64,000 nucleotides of DNA from Octopus bimaculoides (GCF_001194135.2 NC_068982.1:109007040-109071039), one strand, 5' to 3'. Shown: positions 38,191-53,082, counted from the stretch's first letter. Numbers and translations: made by a program. The notes: generated from the sequence alone by a model not told the origin.

Positions 38191-39029
38191 ATATTGTTAA
38201 TAAGTTATGAATATATCCTTTTCCCAAAATCCTGTATATGCACTGCATGACATGCAAGCTTTCTCTCCTGCCAAATTGCAATCTACATTTCTGTTCTTTT
38301 AACAAGAGAATCTCTAGCTCTGAAATTCTTCCTGTTACCATTTCTCAATTGAAGATGAATCTATAAGCAGGTCATAGGTCAACTAATACCTTGTCACTGA
38401 AACTAGAAAACCTAAATTAATGAAACGTGTGTGTGTGTGCGCGTGTGGGAGAGAGAGAGGGTCTGTGTACTTGCATGTGTTTGTGTGGGTGATTTTGTAT
38501 TCTCTCCTTGTCTTACGTTGTTCATTAACTGTAAACAGAATGACATTCTTGCTATTGAATACAGGTGGTGTTTTATGCTTGCAGTCAGCCGTGAAAGCAT
38601 GTCTAGGATTTTTGATGTGTTAAATGATCTTTTTAAACATAAGGCTTGTAACTATGTCTGTACTCTTAGTTACTGTATAGAGTAGGAGATTATTATCGTG
38701 CTTGAACTCAGGTGAAAGTAGGTGATAGGAAGGGCATTCAACCGTAGAAAATCTGTCTTAATGAATTCTATCTTGTCCATGCAAGCATAGAAAAGTAGAG
38801 ATTAAAGAAAATCTTTGATGATGAGAGGGACAATAGATTTATTGTATTGTTTGTAGGTGGAACTCTTTTGTCTTGTCAGGGTTAAAACAACCTTGCCAGT
38901 GCTGGTACGTTCATATAATACACCTAGTACACTCTTTTGTGTTGCTGTTAAGAAGAATGGAAATGGTGGATTTGGTAAATGCAACTTTTAGTCTCTTTGT
39001 TTGGAACCAAGTTTCTTGGTATTGATGTA

Positions 39030-39209
39030 TGTGGGGATCCTGAAAAGTCCCTGGCTTTAAAGGTGTCCTTTACAGGGCTTAGAAAAACTGAAGGACCGCT
39101 GCAATAAGTGAGTGAATCTGAGAGGAGAATAAGTTGAATAAAATCATAATTAGCTGATTCCCCTGTATTTTCTTTTACCTAAAGCCAGGAACTTTTCAGC
39201 ACCCTCTTG
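39030..39209 (+). mobile_element. Mariner-derived MITE (shorter deletion variant of 11804-12021)
   Basis: TA TSD on both sides; TIRs ...CTGAAAAGTCCCTGGCT / AGCCAGGAACTTTTCAGCACCC; same internal C-terminal coding fragment. Confidence 0.85.
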
Positions 39210-39774
39210 TAGGATTAGAGTTGCAGTGTAATTATATTTGTAATAGAAATTATTATTGTCTACAGTAAGCCTGAGTAAGTTGCAACTTGATGGCTGTATG
39301 TGTCCAATTGCAATAACCTGTATAGGCTTGACTGAATTTAGAAACAATGTTTGAGAAAATTTAGGATAACACATCAAAAATTGGGAAAAGAAAGGGATGT
39401 TTCATAACATCCTCAGTTCACAATTTATCATCATCATCATTATCATCATCATCATTGTTTTATGCTTTCCATGCTGGCATTTGTTAAACAAGTTGTCATG
39501 GTCCAAGCGAGTTCTTACTCAGGTTGGTGGAACACTTGCTAGCTCATGACTCTTAATTAAAAAATAGAAATATTGCAATTATTTATTTTGGAAATTTATT
39601 GTGGTTTGCAATATTTTTCATTCAAAGTAATTTAGTTCTGTCTGCTTATTAAGTTGATCAGCGCTGTTCTATACATTCAGTGTAGTATATTACTTGTATT
39701 TTTATTGACCCCTTCCATTCTTACAACTTTATTCACAGAAAAAATGGAAGGTAATAAGCTCTACCCTGTATTGT

Positions 39775-39815
<41 letters not shown>

Positions 39816-42036
39816 CGAGAGAATCAGAATATCTTAAAAGCTAGCCCATTACAGTCTGCACCAACCCTCATCACTAGGAAATATCAAAGTTTAAAAAGAA
39901 AAAAAAAACATTTTAACATGGCAGATGGAAGGTAAAATTGGTAGATCATCAAACAAACTATCTTGTGGTATTTGGTGTTGCATTCTTCAATGATATGATT
40001 TCCAATCCTTCCCAGGTCAACTTTGCTTTGAAAGGTTGATGAAATAAGTACTAGGTTGAATATAATTGACTTTATCCCCCCCCCCCTACTTGATCATAAT
40101 CCAACAGACAGAACCAGTTAAAGAGGAAACAAACTCAACCAACCAACCTACCAACTAACCAAAGTAAATGCAAGAACTACAAATCATTCCCTTGTAGAGT
40201 TATGGTATTGTTCTTAATATAGCACAAAACCTCAACTAGTGTTTTTGTTGCTCATTATAAAACTACAAGCCACATTTGATGATGATAAACCTGTATAGGA
40301 AATCTGTCATGTAACAAAAAGCATTGAGAAGAATCTCTTCTCTCCATTTGATACTCACATTTCCCATACTTTTTATTCCATGGTATATTTTATTTTATTG
40401 TCATCCAATATGATGTGAAAGATAACTCAACTATATTTTACTTTCCTTGTCTTTTTTTTTACGTCTCTTTCTCTTTATGCTCTCTCCCCCCTCTCTCTCC
40501 CTCTCTGACATTATTTCTGTCTCTCATTTATTTTTCTCCTTTGTATTCTTTTGCTTTCTCTCTGTTCATTTGCTCTCTCTCTCTATCTCTCTCCCCTTCC
40601 CTTTCTTCTTTACTCCACCTCTTTCTTGATCAGTTATTTTCTCTTGCTCTGCCTTATTCCACTTTCTATTTCTCTCCTTATTCTGCTTTCTTTTCCCTCC
40701 CCTTTCCTGTTCTCCCCTCTCTCCTCTTTCTTCTCTCCCTCACTCACAAGGTCAATGACTTCAGATGAAACAGCACTATTGCAAACTATTGTATTGCCAC
40801 ATAATTGAATTGTATTATTAAAGTTTCTTTATGACTTTTCTACATTTTCATAACTATTTATCATATATAATTTGCTTTACTCCCCTCCTCAAGTTAATTT
40901 AAAAAACAACAACAGCAATAAGTAATTGAAATAAACTGAATGTATTCATATATTTTCACAAAAAAAATATTCAGTAATAATCAAATCTGTTGTAATATGA
41001 ATTTTTAACAAAAATTATTATCAAGGCTTTTCATAATTAAATTTATACTCAATTGAATTTAAATCAACATTTAACATTCTTGTTTTGCAGACCTTACTGC
41101 TTATTTAAAAAAAAAATTCTTTTTTCAACATTTAATTAATGTCTTTGAACTAAATTGTCTTTGAATCTCTGATAGAATACAACTGATTTTTTTACTTTCT
41201 CTTTTTTATTTCTTAAACCCCTGCTCAAAGTCACTTTAATCTTTTGCTTGTCCTGTGTTTTACATGTGATGCATAGGGTATATTTCCCTAGTGTCTATGT
41301 ATCATATATGATGTACATTCCCCATTTTTTCAACCACTAGAGTATCTTGGGACATTGGGAAGGAAAGCTTTATGTTACTCAAAATGTATGAAATAAAGGC
41401 TGACTAAAAGTCTTGAAAACAAGGATGGATGTTTAGGATAAACTTATAACAATGTTTTGGTGTTTTGGGCAGGCAAAGGGTTAATGAGGGTCTTCCTCTT
41501 AGTTATGTTGAGGACATAGTTACTTTTCTAGGCTGGTACCATGAAAAATACACCCGGTACACATGTTGAGGATATGTCACAACAAAAGCATCCACTACAC
41601 TTTGTAAAGTGGTTGTGTTAGGAAGCTCTAGAAACCAGCTAAAAATGGAAAGTGAATAAGATGTGGGCCCCCAAATTGTCTTGATGAGCAACTTCTCTGA
41701 ATATGTATTGATTCTGGCTTATGGTAACCCACCCAGCATGGACAGTAGACATTAAACAATGATGTTAATAAGGGATAGTAATATTCTGTCTCTCTCACAC
41801 ATATATTTACATATGCACACATATAGATATACATACATACATACAAATGTATATACACACACACACACATATAGACATATAGATTTATATGTATACACAC
41901 ACACACACATATAGACATATAGATTTATATGTATACACACACACTTATATATATATACACACATATGCATACACACACACACACACTTATATATATATAT
42001 ACACATATGCATACACACACACACACACACACAATA

Positions 42037-42412
42037 CGGTGACACTCCGTCGGTTACGACAATGAAGGTTCCAGTTGATCCGACCAATGGAACAGCCTGC
42101 ACATGAAATTAGCATACAAGTGGCTGAGCACTCCACAGACACATGTACCCTTAATGTAGTTTTCGGGGAGATTCAGCGTGACACAGAGTGTGACAAGGGT
42201 GGCCCTTTGGAATACAGGTACAACAAAAACAGGAAGAATGAGTGAGAAAAAGTTGTGGTGAAAGAGTACAGCAGGGTTCGCCACCACCCCCTGCTGGAGC
42301 CTCATGGAGCTTTAGGTGTTTTTGCTCAAGAAACACTCACAACACCCGGTCTGGGAATCGAAACCACGATCCTACGATCGTGAGTCCACTGCCCTAACCA
42401 CTGGGCCATTGT

Positions 42413-42414
<2 letters not shown>
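42037..42414 (-). mobile_element. SINE family E (more CpG-decayed copy)
   Basis: Collinear with 37811-38190; lies between CA/TA microsatellites. Confidence 0.9.
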
Positions 42415-42458
<44 letters not shown>

Positions 42459-45400
42459 TATATATATATATATATATATATATTCTTTCTTGTACTTGTT
42501 TCAATCATTGGACTGCAGCCATGCTGGGACATGTTTTGTCAAGTAAATTGTCCTCAGTACTTATTTTTTTAAAGTCTGGTATTTATTCTGTTAGTTTCTG
42601 TTGTCAAACTGCATGGTTACAATAATGAAAATGAGCCAGTACTAGTTGTCAAGTGATGGGGGGTGGGCAGACATAAACACAGTGACATACACTGTCACCA
42701 GCAACTCCATGGCACTGTGGCATGTGTAGCAACCACTCCTTGGCAAATGTTTTGACAAGCAGACTAAACCAGGTGGAAGTAGTCAACAGCTATGAAACCC
42801 TTGATTAGTTAGGTTGTGTCTACTCTTGCATGGGAAAACTGACTCTTGCACCAAGCAGATGAGAAAAATAATGATCCTTTTCAATTATTGCATCCTGGCA
42901 TACCCCCAACTGTTGTGATCTTGTATTGCCTGGCAGATCTGGTAAAAAGAGTAAAGCTGATGTTGCTCATCTCCTTCATTAAATCTAGTGCATGTGTAAG
43001 TCATAGCGTCACAGATTTCATGGTTATTATTCTGTAGGTGAATGAACAAGGTATAAATATAGTTGTGTGTGTGGGAACAACTGTTAATTTAAATTATGTT
43101 TATAAAATTATGACTGCTAAAATTCTATTATTTTTATATGGATTTCCATATGTTCTATTTAGTCCATTACGTTTAATGTTCCTTGCTATTACATTAATTA
43201 ATTACATTACATTAATGTTCCTTAATGTTCCTGTTTTTAGGCCTTCATTGTTCTGTCTTCTTGATGTTAATAACTTATATAACTGACTTAGTATAATTCT
43301 GAGTTCTTACGTGGAAACTTTAAACTGATGTTAAGTTAACACCACTACATGATCCTTGTGTGCCTTTAACAGAATTTACTCTTGCAAGCAGTTTATTTGT
43401 TTGCTCTCTAGTGTATTATATAATTTTTCTCTCATACATACACATGTTTTTGTTAATGACAATTTGAACTGTTACTAGGTGAAGGAACTCTCCAATACTG
43501 GTTTGAGTACTTTTATAGTGCCAGTGTCATGATTAAAAATATCATAACTGTCATTTTACAGTAAAGATGCTTGTGACATGATATACAATGAATAGGATTG
43601 AGTGATGATGATGATGTTATATATGCACATAACTTATATTGTAGAACAGTCTCTCCATCAGATGTACTACAGCAGAAATATCTTAATACTTCCCTCTACT
43701 GTTACTGAGTAAATTTGATAATATCAGATATTTAGATTGAAAACAAGGAATAATGAAATGTATACTTTTGTCATCTTTCCATCCTTTTAATTACTGCCAA
43801 ACTAGAGTTTGCTGTGTTTATCCTCTCTCTGTGTAACAACTGTTATAATTTTACCAATTTTACCATTAGTCAAGGATCTAAGCACAATACTGAATCAATG
43901 TACTTTGCATGATTTTAAAAGATAATGAAATGTTGAATATGTTCTGTATGTGCACATTTTCAAATGATTGAGATATATTCCACTTCTGTGGTTTTAGAAA
44001 ACCAAAGCTTTTACCAACTGCGAGCATGCTGAGCTATTTTGACATGGCTAAGTAGGCACAGGAAAGATGCTTATTCATTGTATAAGTTACTATATTTACT
44101 TATGAAGTAATTGATAATGTTATGTCAAGGCATTTTCAATTATTTTTCATATCAAGAAATTTATTTAATGGTTAGTTAAAAGTTTCTTTTTTAATTTGAA
44201 AAAAAAAACCGTTTAAGCTTCTTACAAAAACAGAATCCAGAAAAAACAAACAGCTAACTATATTATTAATCACTTTATTTATATATCTTGAGTTTTGTTA
44301 ATAATTTTAAAAATGTTAAATTCTAATATAGTAATTAATTGCTCACCAGTCATGTAGTTTTTCTTGTTTCAGTTACGATTATTGTCAACATTTACTCTAA
44401 AGCATTACTAAAATTTGTTACTTAACACAGGTAATAATTTTTGTCTGATTTATTCATGGTCACTAAAATATGTCATATTTCTTAAACTTTTTAGGCAAAA
44501 TGTTCATATGTCAGGGTGAAAAATGGTAAAACAAGGTAACATCTTCGGATGTATTCAGCTTGCTGTAATATACTTGCTTTAAATAATTTACAGATTTTTA
44601 TACATTTCAATTAGTCTGCTGCAGGAATTTTTCTTTTTGATGGTGCATATAGAAATTTAGGGTTAAATATATGAAAGTCACTCTTTCATTTTTTTCCCTC
44701 TCATTTTCTCACTTACCCACTTTCTTTAAGTCTTACATATATTCTTTCTCCTTTTCACTGACTTACTCTTTGTAATGCTTTCTTTCTCCTAACCACTTCT
44801 TCTTTTTGTATCTCTAGTGTTTGTACTTTGTTTCAAGAAATCTAATTGAGTATTGTGACTAGTTTTCTTGCAATTCTGTCAGACTATGCATAAAGGACAT
44901 GGACCGGCATGCAAGAATGCTTGCATGAATTTAAGTCCATTTATATGTATAGTGTGTTTAGAAAATAGCAATGTTTTCATCAACAGCTTTACAATTTACA
45001 ATTGCTTGTCTTATATTATTCAGTTGAATGATTCCTCTTGGATGACATGATGTGCATAACATTTTGCCTGAGGGAGATCCAACTTCAGTCTTTCATTTGG
45101 AAAATGATTTTTATGACTTGAATTTACTGACTGGTTTAACAATTACTTTATGAAGTTTGTTAATCTCTTGTATCATCAAAGTTAGCAAATATGAATAGGT
45201 TTTTATAGCCTTGGTGGATATGAATTGTAATATTTTAGTTATTCATTTGAATAATTGTACTTGAGTGACCTGCTATATTTGACCTTTTATCCCAGAGAAA
45301 ACTGAGTTTAGCTTTATTTTTCAAGAAAGTGATTTTATTTACTAATTTTAGCTGAAAGAGACCACCATTTGATTCCTCAGACTGGTTATTTTTTTACTTT

Positions 45401-45523
45401 TTTAAAAAACTTTCTATGTCCTTAATTATAAATGTTTAAAGTTGACTCATTTCTAATTTCATTTTATTCTCCATTGCTCCATATTTAACTTTATTAACAT
45501 ACTATGTGAATGTGCGTGGGGTA

Positions 45524-45566
<43 letters not shown>

Positions 45567-46214
45567 ATCCACATATGCTAAGTAAATAGACATCTGTCAC
45601 TTTCTGCAATGAACATCCCAGTTGTTTATTCAAGTGAACTATCTGCTCATTGAACTACTCTGTAAGTGGCTGAGTATTCCACACAGACACATTTATCCTT
45701 AATGTAATCCTTAGGCAAAATCATCACATCATAGCATGTGATTAGGCTGTACCTTCGAATTTGGGTTTAACCTCTTCACAGTTTCTATTTATCTAATTTC
45801 ATTCACAAGGCGTGGGTTGACTTGAGACTATAATAAAAGTCACTTGCTTAAGATGTGTGAGGGATTGAACTCCAGATCTGATGAATTATAGCCATAGCAT
45901 TCTCCTTTCACAACTAATACCATTTTCCTAAGCTAGAAAGCAAAAGCTTAGGAGTCATGGAATAGTTTATTTTATCATTTTCTGTATTTTCTAGTATGTA
46001 CTTAGAACACCATAACTTTATATTCCATTGTCTCGCTGTTAGTAAAACTAATTATCTTTGATTGATATTGCTGATTGTCTGGTCTAAATGTTTGACTCTT
46101 CTCATTTGCAGTGTCTTATATTCTGGCAGAAGGGTCTGATTTAACCACCAAAACCCTAGCAGGGATTAAATAAAGTGTCTAATGATAAAATGGTGTTAAT
46201 AATAATAATAATCC

Positions 46215-46580
46215 TTCTCGGTACTATAGGCACAAGACCTAAAATTTGAGGGAGGAGGATAGTCAATCATATTGACCCCAGTGCTTAACTGGTACTTATT
46301 TCATTGACCCCAAAAGAATGAAAGACAAAGTTGACTGATAATGATGATGACAACTACTATTATTATTATTATTTAAAATTTTGGCACAGGGCCAGCAGTT
46401 TTTGAGGGGAAGGGAAGTCGATTATGTTGACCCCCAGTACTTGATTGGTACTTATTTTATCAATGCTGAAGGGATGAAATGCAAAATTGACTTCAACAGA
46501 ATTTGGACATAGAGCAAACAGCTTGAAGAAATGTTGATAAGCATTTTGTCCGGTGTGCTAATGATTCTTTCAGCCTGTCA
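46215..46580 (+). mobile_element. Two tandem family D copies (about 46215-46340 and 46375-46580)
   Basis: GGCACAAGACC/GGCACAGGGCC heads and GACCCC(C)AGT...TGGTACTTATTT motifs repeated. Confidence 0.7.
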
Positions 46581-46668
46581 CCCTTAATAATAATAATAAT
46601 GCTGCTGCTGATAGTAATGATTGCTTCTAACATAAGCCATGGCCAGAATTGTGAGGGGTGTTGGCATG

Positions 46669-47047
46669 TTGGCACTCCGTCGCTTACGACGTCGAGGGTT
46701 CCAGTTGATCCGATTAACGGAACAGCCTGCTCGTTAAATTAACGTGCAAGTGGCTGAGCATTCCACAGACACGTGTACCCTTACGTAGTTCTCGGGGATA
46801 TTCAGCGTGACACAGTGTGACAAGGCTGACCCTTTGAATTACAGGCACAACAGAAACAGGAAGTAAGAGTGAGAGAAAGTTGTGGTGGAAGAGTACAGAA
46901 GGGTTCGCCACCACCACCTGCCGGAGCCTCGTGGAGCTTTTGGTGTTTTCGCTCAATAAACACTCACAACGCCTGGTCTGGGAATCGAAACCGCGATCCT
47001 ATGACTGCAAGTTCGCTGCCCTAACCACTGGGCCATTGCACCTCCAC
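46669..47047 (-). mobile_element. SINE family E (young)
   Basis: Collinear with 37811-38190; CpGs retained. Confidence 0.9.
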
Positions 47048-48879
47048 TCTGAGGGGTGGGGGTTAGTTAATTAGATAATATGTGATATTAATAATAGTAT
47101 AGTAGAAAACAATACAGGGACACTAGACATTTATTTCTGATTCTATATATCTGGCCTTTGTATGAAATAATGACTAAGGAGAAATCACCCAAGGACAACT
47201 GTTACATGAAAACGAATAGTTAAACCAGTACTAACATGTTAGTATGTTAACACTGACTAGACTGTAATTGAAATGCATAGCATATCTTTATGAATGTGTA
47301 AAATTACTGTAAACGGAGCTTGTGACCCAATTTTGATTTTAATTTCAAAATTTTTTTACTTCACTTGCATTGCTAATGATCTTTGGAAATGCATGAATGT
47401 CACAACTTGTACAATAAATCATAATTTCTAGTCTTCATAATTTGTGTCATGTGGTCAACTTTCATCAGCCTGTCTCTTGGTTTTTTGTACCTGAATATAG
47501 CATTTCATTGATTATCAAATAATATTAGTGACAGCTTTAATTATAAGTTCTCTCCCAATTTAGCTTGAATTTCTAATTCATTATGGCAACCCTTCAACTT
47601 CAACTGAATATTTTTTTTGTTTGAATTATTGTCTTCCACATTTGTTATTTTGTAATGTTTTGTACATCTGTTTATATTTTTTTAGGTATTTTTTCTTCAG
47701 TTTATGTTGTCACTTAAACTTGAGTACAGCATATTTTTTTTCTCAGCTTGGGCTATTGTTAAGGCAGTGTACAATTTGATTATTATACAGTTTAATACTA
47801 ATAGCTAACATACATTTTCGTTCTTCTGCCCATATTGTAGCTTTTTCTGCTATTTTACATTTATATGCTATTTTACGATGCTATTTTACATTTATATGGT
47901 TTTGTAATGAGATCTATTCTCTGGGACAGCTGTATTAATAATTGTACTAACTGTAATATTTGTATATCTTGTTACTTTATAAGAGTAAATTGTTTTACTC
48001 TTAGTAAATTGTTTTATCAGATGCATGGAGGACAAGTTGAAATCTGGACTTAGTTATCATATGGTATTCTTGGTGAACAATTTAACAGAATGTTGAAATA
48101 TACATTCTTCAAGAACAAGGCTCCATCAAACCCATGATAAGGCTACTGTTGCAAGAGGATTTATGTTTTGGGACTATTCATTTTGAGTTCTAAATTCTAC
48201 TGGAATGTAAATGGTAGGCTTGTGATATGGTGTAGAGTATTGATGCAGGGGAAGTTCAGTAATCTGGAACAAAAAAAAAAAAATTAATAAAATAAATGAA
48301 ACAGGATATTCCTAGTTACAAGTCTGTCATGGAGATATTTGTTTCTGTTTCCATTGGTTACACACTTTATTTCTGTGAAGCAATATTGAACTTAAAAAAC
48401 AAAAATGTCATTCTCAGTGTTGTCATTTCATAGAAGGCTTCATAAAATAACAAGTGCTCAGTATTTATTATTGAAGTCCTACAAAGGATTTACTGTGCCC
48501 AAACAGATAAAGTGTCAACTCTTCAGTTGAAGAGTCGATGAGGTTTTTTCCTGTCATTGATGTTATGTTAACAATAACATGAAATATTGATATATGACAA
48601 CCTTGAAATTTTTGTAATGTTTTCTTTTATTTTGCTGCAGTGTTGTGTGTTTTAATATCGAAAAACAGTATAATGTACTTTAGGAGCTTAGTGGAGGAAG
48701 GCATCTCTGTTTTACTCTACGTCATTTCAGTTTTTCTGTACATTTATGATCTATACATACCTCTGAAGAACATAACTTTGACTTCATTTCACTAATAACA
48801 TACCAATTGTACAGAATCGACATTTTTTTTGTACTTCTCTTTTCATGATAGTAGTTCTGTTCGCTATACTCTTGTAGAG

Positions 48880-49560
48880 ATATCAAGAAAACATTGTTGC
48901 TCCCACTGCCCACCATCTATGAATAGCATGTAATTAGAACTATCAAAGCTGCTACAAAAGCTAGGCTTCACTGTCACAGGATTAATCCCTGGCACATTTT
49001 CAATATAGCTTAGGCTACATCACAAAGATAGTCATTCCTCTTTAGAGCCAGAACATACCTTAGCCTCCAACAATTATTAACCAATTACAAAGCTCAGCCA
49101 AGGTCCCCATATCTAAGACAGTAGTTCTGTGTACACCGATATCTTGAACTGCCCCCAAAGAAAGGTCACTCAACTGATTGTCTTGATATCATTTATCAAC
49201 ACATTGCCTTCTCTGGTTCACAAACATGCTGCCTTCTCTCTCTGGTTTTTCTGTTGGTACTACAGTGGTTTTTACTCCTTAAAGCTGGCTCATCTCATGC
49301 CACCTCCACTCAGACACTTCTGACTCACTTGTCTTTCCTCCTTCCACCACTCATTTGTGTCTTTCCCCCTCAAGCTCCAAATTATGTCCAATCCTTCCTC
49401 TTTAGAATGTCATCCCTTAAAATTTCTTCCTTGCGCATCTTTCCTGTGACTGTCAGCATATGTTCAAAAAGAGGAATGTTAACAGCATAAATTGCACTGG
49501 TCACAGAGATCCTGTGAAGGACATGAATACAGTCCCTTCCTTCAAACCACACCATTAATG
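48880..49560 (-). mobile_element. Possible highly degraded LINE ORF2 fragment (RTE-like)
   Basis: GC-richer segment with weak motifs GKDTNEWWKEE and MCQGLIL...SLAFVAALIV; many stops. Confidence 0.3.
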
Positions 49561-50258
49561 TGTGTGTGTGTATATATAGTTCATGAGCAACTGTTGATGA
49601 GGTTAAATATATTGAAATGTGCAACTATAAATGATAGAGAAAATGGAACAACAATACAGAATACTTAACTTTAACAAATTTGAACCTTCACTCAGTACTT
49701 TAAATTCAACATCAATGTTCATAAATATAAAATGATAGACTTTGAGTGGGTTCAAACTTTTACCCTATGCATTACATTAAACAATAAATAATTACTTCTT
49801 AAAAAAAGAGAAAAGTAAACTATTCTACCAAATGGAAAACAATAGAAACAAAAAGACATGTCACATGGATGGAGACATTTTTTGTTTCAAAGTACACTGC
49901 GATCAAGTGATCAGAGACTATGGTGTTAGGAAAACTATCATAACCTACCATCTTCAAAATGAACGTATTGTAATATTAGCTGCTCACTCATGCCAACCAA
50001 TGTTTTGGTCAGTTTAGACAGCAGACTGGTCTTCCCAATAAAGCTGTTTTCAGAAGAAAATATAGCTGTATCTAGCCTTAAGAGAACCCCCTCTTTAAAT
50101 GGAGTAATATCTATTCTATAGTCTCTCAGCTCACTGGCTATTGAGGCTGTTTGATGCTTGTTGAGTTTTCTGACATCAAGTAATGTTTGTATATTGTATG
50201 TGACAAACTTGAATGATATTTTCTTTCTCTTTTTATGACTGCTATGTGGAATTGGGTT

Positions 50259-51167
50259 CTAGGGCAACTGATATCAGGACAACTCATATCAGACAACTCC
50301 TACCTGGGCAATTGACATCTAGGACAGCTGATATGTAGGACAACTCAGACCAGGTATAAAGTGATAAAGATTTAATTATGAAAGAAATTTTGCATGTGTG
50401 TGTGTGTATGTGGTGTGTATTTGTGTGTGGTGTGTGTGAATGTGTGTATATATGGGTGCATGTATGTGCTGTGTGTGTGTATGTGCAGTGTGTATGTGTG
50501 TGGTGTGTTTTTGTGTGGTGTGTATTTGTGTGTGTGTGGTGTGTATTTGTGTGTGTTTGTTGTGTGTGTGGTGTGTATTTGTGTGTGTGGTGTGTATTTG
50601 TGTGTGTGGTGTGTGTGTGGTGTTTTTGTGTAGTGTGTAGTTGTGTGTGTGTGTATGTGTGTGTATTTGTGTGTGTGTGGTGTGTATTTGTGTGGTGTAT
50701 GTGGTATGTGGTGTGTGCATGTGTGTAATGTGTATGTGCGTGTGTGTGCATGCGTGCACATGTGTGCGGTGTGTATGTGTTTATGCATGTGTGTGCAGTT
50801 ATTTTATTCTTATTTGATTTTTCTTTCAAAATTAAATCTTTATCACTTTATAGCTGTTATGAGTTGTCCTATATATCAGTTGTCCTATATATCAGTTGTC
50901 CTATATATCAGTTGTCCTATATATCAGTTGTCCTAGATGTCAGTTGTCCANNNNNNNNNNATATATCAGTTGTCCTATATATCAGTTGTCCTATATATCA
51001 GTTGTCCTATATATCAGTTGTCCTAGATGTCAGTTGTCCTAGATGTCAGTTGTCCTATATATCAGTTGTCCTATATATCAGTTGTCCTATATATCAGTTG
51101 TCCTAGATGTCAGTTGTCCAGGTATGAGTTGTTTGGGAATGAGTTGTCTTGGTATCAGTTGTCTTGG
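50259..51167. mobile_element. Foldback-like non-autonomous element: ~130-bp TIRs built from GACAACT subrepeats around a TG-rich cryptic microsatellite
   Basis: Left arm 50259-50387 is the reverse complement of the right arm 50819-51167 apart from an expanded 16-bp unit (TATATCAGTTGTCCTA)n in the right arm; 10-N gap at 50951-50960. Confidence 0.8.
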
Positions 51168-51829
51168 CTTGGTGAAATTGTCTTGACAGGTCCAGTTTCT
51201 TGTCCAGCTGAGAACTGTACATATTCATGTAAAAGTTGACTCCCTATTTTTAGCCTTAAAATCTGGAATTTTTTCATAGGTTTCATGCAAAAATCAATCC
51301 TAGTTCTTTACAGAAAATTTATCTGTTGAATGTGATGAATATATGCAAATATTTGTATGAGTTATATGGCCTTTATATGTTGTTTCTTAGTAAAATGTGT
51401 GTTTTGATGTGTAAAATCAGTATTACTGTACTTCATTGTCTTTTTATATATTGATTTAGTGATCATTTGGGCTTCTGCTACCAATATAGTATTTTAGATG
51501 CTAATGTGAATTTCAGCTACTTAAAAATAGTTTCCATTTAATAATAATCAGTCCCATAAATTTAATCTTTAAAAAAATGTTTAAAAATTTCAACTTTTAT
51601 ATGAATATATGTGGTTGACAATTTTTAAGCCATTTTTTCTTGGTTTTCACTAACTTGAGTAAACAGTATGATAAAGCTACTCAGTCATACAGGGGTGTAC
51701 TGAGGAGAGCTCCCACTCATCCTAGCCAACTGTTGCTTTGAGCCATTGATGCATAGATTTATGACTAAGAAGATTCCAGCATATTCAGGCTAGCCTTTCT
51801 TACTGGTTATATGCCATAACCAGGAATAG

Positions 51830-52000
51830 CACCCAGTACACACTGTAAAGTGGTTAATATTAGGAAGAGCATCCAGCTGGAGAAACCATGCCAAAGCTGA
51901 CACTGGAGCTCAGCATATCCCTTGGCTCACTAAATTCTGTCAGACTTTCCAATCCCTACCAGCATCGAAAACGGACAGTAAATAGTAATAATGATGATGA
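51830..52000 (+). mobile_element. Family C fragment
   Basis: CACTGTAAAGTGGTT...AGGAAGAGCATCCAGCTG...AACGGACAGTAAA. Confidence 0.7.
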
Positions 52001-52884
52001 TGGTGGAGGAGGAGAAGAAGAAGAAAATATGTTTTGAGCATATATCAGCAAAAGTATTTGTTTATATGAACACACAAGAAAACATTATTGACTCAGAGAT
52101 TTCATGTTTAGCTTAATGTTAATTTTATGATCATTATTATTAGTGACAGTTATGAATTGCTGAGTCTGAAGTGAGATATTGGCAGATTGCTTTGTGTTCA
52201 AAAGTTTGGTACCTCACTGTTATATTAGTTCAGGTGATACTGGGTTTTGATTTCTCTCTCAACAAAGTTCAGTAAAGTATGTAACAATAATGTATTGGCT
52301 TCAATTCAATCGACTTTTAACTCTCTCCTTTTAAAAAACCGATTTTGTGCTTGGTAGTGTTAAGTAGTTAATTATTTCATAAATTACAAGGACCCATAGG
52401 GCTGCTACTTAACATTTTCCGCAGTGTTAAGCAGATAAGACAAGTATCATGCTACTTTGATAAAATGTTGGTTTATCATAGCTATCCAGAAAATGCTTTA
52501 GCTGCTTTCTACAATTAGGTGAGCTGATGCATAAAATAAAAATGTTTTGCCTAGAGACAATGAAATATTTGTTGCACACATGGACTTGTACACATTATGA
52601 ACTCCAGTCCAGTATCTGATCCTTTCACTATTTTGCTTCTAGCAATCAAATGTATTAATATTTATAGTATATGTGATGTTTCTTAAATTTTGACTCTGTT
52701 AGATTTACCAAATCACATTTATTAGAAAACTCGTTATATTTAATTTGTTCATTGTGTATCACAACGCAAAAGTTCACTTTGTAGAACACGTGGATAATAT
52801 GAAATGCCTGTTTTCTCTTTGATGTTATCTCTGAAACATATTTAGATGAATGTTTAAATACATAGCTCATTTTAAAATTTTAGG

Positions 52885-53045
52885 TACAGGAGTGGCTGTG
52901 TGGTAAGTAGCTTGCTTACCAACCACATGGTTTTGGGTTCATTCCCACTGCGTGGCACCTTGGGCAAGTGTCTTCTACTATAGCCTCGGGCTGACCAAAG
53001 CCTTGTGAGTGGATTTGGTAGACGGAAACTGAAAGAAGACTGTCG

Positions 53046-53082
<37 letters not shown>

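Noticed and set aside
41214-41484. Possible third TTAA MITE
   Set aside because: Left TIR too degenerate to support.
2704-47047. tRNA genes suggested by A/B boxes
   Set aside because: Every box pair heads a multi-copy SINE body and none completes a cloverleaf.
47229-47244. Perfect 16-bp palindrome TACTAACATGTTAGTA
   Set aside because: Isolated and AT-rich; no associated element or cluster.
50284-50936. Multiple His/Thr- and Cys/Val-rich ORFs
   Set aside because: Artefacts of the TG/CA-rich core of the foldback-like element.
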